This document shows, piece after piece, positions 57,353-64,000 of a stretch of 64,000 nucleotides of DNA. The translations under genes and the position numbers were made by a program. Under the pieces are notes generated by a model. That model was given only the letters and a program-made list of their open reading frames with translations, did no database searches and was not told where the DNA came from. How positions within the stretch are numbered: the first letter of the stretch is position 1; the number at the start of each line of letters is the position of its first letter. The DNA is taken from contig JAHEXW010000003.1 in NCBI GenBank assembly GCA_023251915.1, forward strand, positions 11,033 through 75,032, read 5' to 3'. The DNA comes from Actinomycetes bacterium (lineage in GTDB: Bacteria > Actinomycetota > JAHEXW01).

Positions 57353-58528
57353 TTGGCAAGAAAGTTAAGTACCAGATTGTTGGTTGTTTTGGCGGTGGCC
57401 GCGGTTTTTATCGCCGGCTGCGCTAAGACGGCCACGACCACGAAAACTGAGGTGAAGCAGCCCTTTAAGGTCGGGGCGGTCCTCAGTGTAACGGGAGCCA
57501 ACGCGCCGCTGGGCGACGCGGAGAAAAAAGCGCTCGAGCTCGAAGTCGCCAGTATCAACAAAGACGGCGGGGCCAACGGCCACCAGCTGGAAATCGTCAT
57601 CGAAGACGACGAATCGGACACGACCAAGGCAGTTGCGGCCGTTAATAAGTTGATCAAGGTCGACAAAGTCGTGGCCGTTGTCGGCGGCACCGGCACGGGT
57701 TCAGCCATGGGCATCAAGCCCATTATTACCGCCAGTAAGATTCCATTCGTAGCTATGGCCGCCGGTAACGGTATCACCGCGGCGGACAACACCTGGGTTT
57801 TTAGAGCTCCCGCGAAGAACGCGGTCGCGGCGGACAAAGCGCTGGAGTACATAAGCAAGACGCTAAAGCTCAAGAAGATCGCGGTGTTGTACGACTCCAA
57901 TCCGTTTGGGCAGGATGGCATCGACGAAATCAAGAAGGAAGTTATCGCCAAGGACATGACCATCGTCTCAGAACAGAAGTACGAGACTAACGCGACTGAT
58001 GTGACCGCGCAGTTGACGACCATTAAAGCCGCCAACCCGGAATGCGTCATAGTCTGGGGAACGAACCCGATGCCCGCGAAGGCGGCGCAGACGATGAAAC
58101 AATTGTCGATGACAATGCCGTACATTGGCAGCCACGGTATCGCCAACACCAAGTTCATCGATTTGGCGGGAGACGCGGCGAATGGCGTTGTCTTCCCGGC
58201 AGGCAAGATACTGATTCCGTCCAGCATTAAAGACGCCGGACAGAAGGCCGCTGTCGACAAGTTCATCACCGACTACAAGGCCAAGTACGACGGTATCGCG
58301 CCGAACACGTTCGCCGGCCACGCTTACGACGCGCTTCATATCGTGTCCGACGCGCTCGGTATAGCGGGCTCCGACAGCGCGAAGCTTCGCACGCAGATCG
58401 AAAAGACGTCCGGCTTTGCCGGTCCCGACGGCATCTACAAATACTCGAAAACGAACCATGACGGTCTGGCGACAAGTGATCTCATCATGATCAAGATCGT
58501 CGGCGGGAAGTGGACGCTGGTCGAATAA
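57353..58528 (+). CDS. Liv-family ABC substrate-binding lipoprotein 2 (TTG start)
   Basis: Lipobox IAGC; close paralog of the upstream SBP (shared GAVLSVTGANAPLGDAEKK); AGGAGGGAGG RBS. Confidence 0.92.
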   Translation: MARKLSTRLLVVLAVAAVFIAGCAKTATTTKTEVKQPFKVGAVLSVTGANAPLGDAEKKALELEVASINKDGGANGHQLEIVIEDDESDTTKAVAAVNKLIKVDKVVAVVGGTGTGSAMGIKPIITASKIPFVAMAAGNGITAADNTWVFRAPAKNAVAADKALEYISKTLKLKKIAVLYDSNPFGQDGIDEIKKEVIAKDMTIVSEQKYETNATDVTAQLTTIKAANPECVIVWGTNPMPAKAAQTMKQLSMTMPYIGSHGIANTKFIDLAGDAANGVVFPAGKILIPSSIKDAGQKAAVDKFITDYKAKYDGIAPNTFAGHAYDALHIVSDALGIAGSDSAKLRTQIEKTSGFAGPDGIYKYSKTNHDGLATSDLIMIKIVGGKWTLVE

Positions 58529-59416
58529 TTGTTGCTAAGCAAGGTTCTGCAGTTTGTTATCACCGGGGTCGCGAACGGAGCTATATACGCGCTAATCGCC
58601 TTGGGGTTTACGTTGATCTACAACTCGAGGCAGATCATAAACTTCGCGCAAGGCGAGTTTGTGGTTATCGGCGGCATGGCGGCGTACACGTTCTATGTGA
58701 CGGCACATCTGCCGCTGCCCGTGGCGCTCTTGGCCGCGATCCTGGTGGTAACGCTGTTGGGGGTGGCGTTTGAGCGGTTTGTGATCTTGCCGCTCAAAAA
58801 CGCCGCCTCCATTTCTCTAATCATCGCTACCATCGGAATGTCGATATTTCTACGTACCGGGGCAATGCTGATCTGGGGCAAAGAGGCTATGACCCTGCCG
58901 CACTTCTTCGGCGACAAGCCCTGGAACATAATGGGCGCAACTATTCTGCCCCAACAGATCTTTATTATCGCCATCACCCTGGTTATTGTTGTCGGCATGC
59001 AGTTGTTCTTTCGCCTCACCGTTACCGGCAAGGCAATGCTGGCTGCGTCGATGAATCCCGAGGCCGCCCGACTTATGGGAATACGAAGCGAACGAATGGT
59101 CATGTATTCATTCGCGTTCTCCGCGGCCTTGGGCGCCGTTGCCGGTGTCAGTATCGCGCCGCTGGTGATGATGAGTTTCGGCTCAGGAGCGGCTTTGGGG
59201 ATCAAGGGCTTCAGCGCGGCCATCTTGGGCGGTTTGACCAATCCGCTTGGAGCGGTTCTGGGCGGTTTGAGTCTGGGCGTGATCGAGTCGGTTGGCGCCG
59301 GACTGATATCGTCCGCTTTCAAGGAAGCGATTGCCCTGATTGTATTGCTCATGGTGCTGCTCATTAAGCCATCCGGCGTTTTCGGCAAGATTGGAACGAG
59401 GCGCCATGCGCGCTAA
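58529..59416 (+). CDS. livH: Branched-chain-type ABC permease LivH
   Basis: IYALIALGFTLIY...INFAQGE, TGKAMLA...A.LMGI, KGFSAAILGG. Confidence 0.92.
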   Translation: MLLSKVLQFVITGVANGAIYALIALGFTLIYNSRQIINFAQGEFVVIGGMAAYTFYVTAHLPLPVALLAAILVVTLLGVAFERFVILPLKNAASISLIIATIGMSIFLRTGAMLIWGKEAMTLPHFFGDKPWNIMGATILPQQIFIIAITLVIVVGMQLFFRLTVTGKAMLAASMNPEAARLMGIRSERMVMYSFAFSAALGAVAGVSIAPLVMMSFGSGAALGIKGFSAAILGGLTNPLGAVLGGLSLGVIESVGAGLISSAFKEAIALIVLLMVLLIKPSGVFGKIGTRRHAR

Positions 59417-60389
59417 CAGACGCCGGCTTGTCAATTGGCTAGGTATCGTTTGCGGCTTTGGTCTGCTGGCCTCTCTGCCCTTATTCCTAAATGACTTCTT
59501 GATGACCATCGCGGTGGTTATCGGCATTAACGTCATAATAGTTTTTGGCCTTTCGCTCTTAATGGGCTACGCCGGGCAAATATCGCTCGGCCATGCCGGA
59601 CTGTACGGCCTAGGCGCGTATACCAGCGCCGTTATGTCTACGAAACTACATCTTGATCCGTGGCTGACAATAGTCGCCGGAGCGTTGTTGGCGGGGGCGG
59701 CCGCCTATTTGATCGGTCTGCCGGCCTTGCGCCTGCGGGGTCACTATCTGGCGATGGCGACTCTGGGCGCCGGCGTTATCATGCAAATCATGTTTGTCGA
59801 GCTGTCGGGCATCACCGGCGGGCCGGCCGGCATTTCGAGCATCCCGAATCTTAAGATCGGGCACCTGATCCTGGATCAGACAGGCGCCTATTTTTACGTC
59901 GTGTTAGCCGCGGTCGCCGTGAGCCTATGGCTTTCATTAAACGTCGTTCGCAGCCAGAAGGGGCGGGCGTTGCGGGCGATGCACGGCAACGAGCTGGCTG
60001 CCGCTTCGATCGGCGTCGACACGGCCCGGGCAAAGCTTTTCATATTCACGCTCAGCGGCGTCTTTGCCGGCCTGGCCGGCGGCTTGTACGCCCATTACTT
60101 AACCTATATCAGTCCCGATTCCTTTGGGACTTCCTTGTCCATATTGCTGGTGGCGATGGTCGTTATCGGCGGCAGCCAAAGCGTCGTTGCGGCCGGTTTG
60201 GGCGCCGCCTTACTGACGGTTATCTCCGAATATTTCCGCACCTACCAGGATTGGAGCCTCGTTTTCTTTGGTCTCAGCCTGGTCCTGGTGATGATATTCG
60301 CGCCGCGCGGATTGTTTGTCGAGACCGCGGCGGTCGCTAAACGTCTTGTTGCCAGGGTGGTGAAGCGTCGTGGCCCTGTTGAAAGTTAG
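59406..60389 (+). CDS. livM: Branched-chain-type ABC permease LivM
   Basis: GYAGQISLGHA, LRLRGHYLAMATL, ITGGPAG, GRALRA...A.SIG, MVVIGG. Confidence 0.92.
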   Translation: MRANRRRLVNWLGIVCGFGLLASLPLFLNDFLMTIAVVIGINVIIVFGLSLLMGYAGQISLGHAGLYGLGAYTSAVMSTKLHLDPWLTIVAGALLAGAAAYLIGLPALRLRGHYLAMATLGAGVIMQIMFVELSGITGGPAGISSIPNLKIGHLILDQTGAYFYVVLAAVAVSLWLSLNVVRSQKGRALRAMHGNELAAASIGVDTARAKLFIFTLSGVFAGLAGGLYAHYLTYISPDSFGTSLSILLVAMVVIGGSQSVVAAGLGAALLTVISEYFRTYQDWSLVFFGLSLVLVMIFAPRGLFVETAAVAKRLVARVVKRRGPVES

Positions 60390-61140
60390 CGGTCTTGCCA
60401 AATCGTTCGGGGGTGTGAAAGCAGTCTCTGACCTGAGCTTCGCCGTCGCACCCAACCAAATCAAGGCCATCATCGGCCCGAACGGCGCAGGCAAGACAAC
60501 CGTGTTCAATCTGTTATGCGGCGTATTCGCCGCCGACGCCGGCACTGTAGAGTTCGCCGGCCGGAACATCAGCTCACTTGCTCCGTATGTGCGGGCGCGT
60601 CTGGGCGTCGGACGAACGTTTCAAAACACCCTATTGTTTGACGAGATGAGCGTGGAAGAGAACGTGATGGCGGCGACAGAGGCGGGGCTGCGCTTGAACG
60701 CTTTCGCTTATCTGTTTCGCTGGCCGGCGGTAGCGCGAGCCGAAAGACAACGCCGCGAGATCGCGGCCGAAGCGCTCAAGCTGGTTGGTTTGCAAGATAA
60801 AGCCAGGGACCCCGCCGGCAATCTGCCCGCCGGGGAAAGAAGGCTGTTGGAGATCGCGCGGGCCCTTGGAACCCGCCCCGAGATTGTTCTGCTGGATGAA
60901 CCGGCCGCCGGTTTAAACAATGCCGAGACAGATCGCCTCAAACACGCCATCCGTGCCATACGGGATCGAAGCATAACAGTCCTGCTGGTTGAACACGATA
61001 TGGGTTTGGTAATGGAGATTTGCGACGAAATCGTTGTTCTGGATCAGGGCGCCAAGATCGCCGAGGGACCGCCTCTCTTGATTCAGGAGGACGATCGAGT
61101 GATAGAGGCCTATCTGGGGAGGCCGGCCGACAATGCTTAA
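60370..61140 (+). CDS. livG: ABC ATP-binding protein LivG
   Basis: GPNGAGKTT.FN, RTFQ, LLDEPAAG, VEHDM, V.EAYLG. Confidence 0.93.
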   Translation: MALLKVSGLAKSFGGVKAVSDLSFAVAPNQIKAIIGPNGAGKTTVFNLLCGVFAADAGTVEFAGRNISSLAPYVRARLGVGRTFQNTLLFDEMSVEENVMAATEAGLRLNAFAYLFRWPAVARAERQRREIAAEALKLVGLQDKARDPAGNLPAGERRLLEIARALGTRPEIVLLDEPAAGLNNAETDRLKHAIRAIRDRSITVLLVEHDMGLVMEICDEIVVLDQGAKIAEGPPLLIQEDDRVIEAYLGRPADNA

Positions 61141-61852
61141 GGTCGAGCGCTTGAGCGCCGGGTATGGTCACGTGGCCGCCTTGAAAGAGGTAGACCTGCA
61201 GGTAAAAGACGGCGAAATCATTACCGTTATCGGCGCTAACGGGAGCGGCAAATCGACGCTTCTGAAAGCAATCGCCGGTTCTCTGCGACCCCGCGGCGGA
61301 TGCGTTATTTTTAACGGCAAAGACATCACGGGGCGTCCGGCCGATCGGGTCGTCGCCGCCGGCTTGTGTTTGGTCCCGGAAGGGCGGCAGCTGTTCGGCG
61401 ACATGACTGTTCTGGAGAATCTCCAGATGGGCGGATATCTGTTCCTTAGGCGCCGCCGCCAGTCCGAATTCCGCGCAAAACTGGACTTTGTATACGACCT
61501 ATTCCCTGTCTTGCGCGATCGGACGAACCAAGCGGCTGGGACGCTTTCCGGCGGAGAGCAGCAAATGCTGGCAATCGCCCGGGCGTTAATGAGCGACCCG
61601 AAGCTGCTGCTTCTAGACGAGCCGTCGATGGGGCTGGCGCCAATGATAATCAGAGACATATTCGCCGCCCTGCGGCGGTTGAACGACCAAGGTTTGACTA
61701 TCTTGCTGGTTGAGCAGGATGCTAATATATCGCTAGCGTTGGCTGACCGCGGCTACGTCTTCCAGACCGGCCAGAACGTCATGGCGGGCGACGCGACTGA
61801 CTTATTGAACGACCCGGCCGTCAAAGAGATTTACTTTGGAAAGAAAATCTGA
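61133..61852 (+). CDS. livF: ABC ATP-binding protein LivF
   Basis: [41 protein letters not shown]. Confidence 0.94.
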   Translation: MLKVERLSAGYGHVAALKEVDLQVKDGEIITVIGANGSGKSTLLKAIAGSLRPRGGCVIFNGKDITGRPADRVVAAGLCLVPEGRQLFGDMTVLENLQMGGYLFLRRRRQSEFRAKLDFVYDLFPVLRDRTNQAAGTLSGGEQQMLAIARALMSDPKLLLLDEPSMGLAPMIIRDIFAALRRLNDQGLTILLVEQDANISLALADRGYVFQTGQNVMAGDATDLLNDPAVKEIYFGKKI

Positions 61853-61858
61853 CAGTTC

Positions 61859-61918
61859 GACCTGAGAGACCGGAAAGACCTGGGAGGCTTGAGTTCTACA
61901 GGTCCTCCAGGTCCCGCG
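61859..61918. repeat. Hairpin of 9-nt periodic GACCTG units between livF and paaK
   Basis: GACCTGAGA-GACCGGAAA-GACCTGGGA...AGGTCCTCC-AGGTCCCGC. Confidence 0.5.
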
Positions 61919-61944
61919 GATCTAGCACCAGATGGAGGTTTTTT

Positions 61945-63249
61945 GTGTCCAAGATATGGAATCCGGAATACGAGCAAATCAGCCACGCCCGGCTGGAAGA
62001 GCTGCAGCTTCAGCGACTGCAATGGGTCGTCAAGTGGGCGTATGAGCGCGTTCCTGCCTACAAGCAGAAATTCGACGCGGCCGGCATCAAACCAAAAGAC
62101 GTCAAAAAACTAGGGGATCTCGCGCGCCTTCCTTTTACGACGAAGGATGAACTGAAAGAGGATTACCCCTACGGTTTCTTCGCTCTCCCGATGAACAAAA
62201 TTGTCCGCATTCATTCGACGTCTGGCACAACCGGCACGCCGGTTGTCGTTGGCTATTCCCGAGGAGACCTGAACACGTGGGCGGAACTGGTGGCCCGTAT
62301 CGTCACCGCGGCCGGCGTGACAGAAGACGACCTGGCGCAAATATCTTTCGGTTACGGCATGTTTACCGGCGGCTTCGGCCTCCACTACGGTCTGGAGCGC
62401 GTCGGCGCGGCCGTCCTGCCGGCGTCGACCGGCAACACGGAACGACAGATTCGCATCATGCGCGATTTTGGCACGACAACCCTTATCAGCACCCCCACGT
62501 ATGCCCTGCATTTGTGCGAGGTTGCGGATACGATGGGCGTTGACCTGAGAAAACTGCCTCTGCGCATCGGATTGTTCGGCAGCGAACCGTGGAGCGAGGG
62601 AATGCGGGGCGAGATTCAGGAACGCATGGGAATTCTAGCGACCGATAACTACGGTTTGACCGAGGTGATGGGCCCGGGTGTCGCGGGCGAATGCGAGGAA
62701 CAGAACGGCCAGCACTTCAACGAGGATCATTTCATTCCCGAAATTATCAACCCGGAAACGGGCGATGTCTTGCCCCGCGGAGAGACAGGCGAGCTGGTGA
62801 TTACGACTCTGACCAAAGAGGGTTTTCCGATGATCCGTTACCGGACCCGCGACCTGACTTACCTCATGCCCGACGAGTGTCCTTGCGGCCGGACCCTGGT
62901 CAAGATGGCCCGGGTCTTGGGTCGCACCGACGACATGCTGATCATAAAGGGAGTTAATGTTTTCCCCTCCCAGATAGAGCAGGTCCTGACGGAAGTCGAA
63001 GGCGTCGAACCGCAATACCAAATAATACTAAAAAAGAAAGGCGTGATGAACGACATCGAGGTCAACGTCGAGATGTCGGAGAAGTTCTTCCCGGACGCAA
63101 TGCGCAAACTGGTCGAGTTCGAGCGGGCTATCGAGGCTAGACTGCAAACCGTGCTGGGCATATACGTCAAAGTCAATCTGGTTGAGCCGATGTCAATCGA
63201 GCGAACGGGCGGCAAAGCCAAACGAGTCATAGATAGGAGGGACGCTTAG
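61945..63249 (+). CDS. paaK: Phenylacetate--CoA ligase family protein 1
   Basis: [71 protein letters not shown]. Confidence 0.93.
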   Translation: MSKIWNPEYEQISHARLEELQLQRLQWVVKWAYERVPAYKQKFDAAGIKPKDVKKLGDLARLPFTTKDELKEDYPYGFFALPMNKIVRIHSTSGTTGTPVVVGYSRGDLNTWAELVARIVTAAGVTEDDLAQISFGYGMFTGGFGLHYGLERVGAAVLPASTGNTERQIRIMRDFGTTTLISTPTYALHLCEVADTMGVDLRKLPLRIGLFGSEPWSEGMRGEIQERMGILATDNYGLTEVMGPGVAGECEEQNGQHFNEDHFIPEIINPETGDVLPRGETGELVITTLTKEGFPMIRYRTRDLTYLMPDECPCGRTLVKMARVLGRTDDMLIIKGVNVFPSQIEQVLTEVEGVEPQYQIILKKKGVMNDIEVNVEMSEKFFPDAMRKLVEFERAIEARLQTVLGIYVKVNLVEPMSIERTGGKAKRVIDRRDA

Positions 63250-64000
63250 ATGCTGTACGACGAGAAACACGAAGCGATGAACCGCGACGACCTGGAGCAG
63301 CTGCAATTTACTCGGCTACAAGCGACATTGGAACGTGCTTACGGCGGCGTGCCCTTCTTTAGAAAGAAATTCGACGCGGCCGGCTTGAAGCCCGGTGATA
63401 TCAAGAGCCTGGCGGACCTGACCAAGATTCCATACATGGTCAAGCAAGAGATGAGGGACAATTACCCCTTCGGGTTGTTCGCTACACCTATGGATGACGT
63501 CGTTCGTTTACACGCCTCGTCCGGGACGACCGGACAGGTCACAGTCGTTGGGTACACACAAAATGACATAGACAACTGGGCCGATCTGATAGCCCGCTGC
63601 CTAACTTCTTACGGCGCCACCAAACACGATATGATCCAGGTCGCCTACGGTTACGGCCTGTTTACCGGCGGTCTCGGCTTACATTACGGCGCTGAGCGGT
63701 TGGGGGGTACGGTCATTCCGATTTCGGGCGGCAATACCAGGCGGCAGATCCAGGTCATGCAAGACTTCAAGGCGACCGTGTTATGTTGCACACCTTCGTA
63801 CGCGCTGCATATGGCTGAAGCGGCGGGGGAGATGGGTGTAGACATCCGCAACCTGCCCTTGAAGATCGGCGTTTTTGGCGCCGAACCTTGGAGCGAAAGC
63901 ATGCGGGCGCAGGCGGAAGAGAAGATGGGAATCGACGCTTACGACATCTATGGTCTGTCTGAGGTCCTCGGACCCGGCGTTGCCTGCGAATGCGAGGCCA
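63250..64000 (+). CDS. paaK: Phenylacetate--CoA ligase family protein 2 (partial, runs off the window)
   Basis: [10 protein letters not shown]..., [42 protein letters not shown]. Confidence 0.92.
   Translation, partial: MLYDEKHEAMNRDDLEQLQFTRLQATLERAYGGVPFFRKKFDAAGLKPGDIKSLADLTKIPYMVKQEMRDNYPFGLFATPMDDVVRLHASSGTTGQVTVVGYTQNDIDNWADLIARCLTSYGATKHDMIQVAYGYGLFTGGLGLHYGAERLGGTVIPISGGNTRRQIQVMQDFKATVLCCTPSYALHMAEAAGEMGVDIRNLPLKIGVFGAEPWSESMRAQAEEKMGIDAYDIYGLSEVLGPGVACECEA

Overview
64 kb of chromosomal backbone from an anaerobic, probably monoderm bacterium. The ddl/aminotransferase/GNAT synteny, lipoprotein-type solute-binding proteins and many apparently leaderless genes suggest a deep-branching Actinomycetota (inference). 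No integrase, transposase, phage or CRISPR was seen. Contents in order: the 3' end of a complex I-like membrane-arm cluster in the unusual order nuoL'-nuoM-nuoL-nuoN; two USPs; an orphan PilB/GspE ATPase; an Rrf2 / 8-Cys protein / mini cytochrome c operon; tRNA-Arg(CCT) with a repeat cluster; ddl, aminotransferase, YtxH, GNAT, CPBP, mutM; a heterodimeric ABC exporter; hypF; a 1455-aa repeat surface protein; a NodIJ-like exporter facing two MGDG-synthase-type glycosyltransferases plus YkoP; a beta-helix protein ending in LPYTGR; a minus-strand operon ZIP-like / Sec-glutaredoxin / TrxB(AhpF)-like / DUF166 / DUF362-ferredoxin; hypCDE, lon, tRNA-Gly, a GGDEF protein, tRNA-Pro, sbcDC, MTA salvage genes; and an iorAB-ACT-liv-paaK-paaK aryl-acid cluster running off the end. 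Best leads: (1) an unannotated UGA-recoded selenoprotein glutaredoxin (UPHC, SECIS-like hairpin) in a redox operon with DUF166/DUF362; (2) a probable four-antiporter complex I with two NuoL-type subunits, one with a 26-aa duplication in its lateral helix; (3) ~200-bp tRNA-matched mini-elements at two tRNAs, each with an inverted copy of that tRNA's T-arm and a direct repeat of its 3' end; (4) an IscR-like-box operon encoding an 84-aa cytochrome with CxCH + CxxCH motifs. All family assignments come from motif recognition by eye; no database searches were run.
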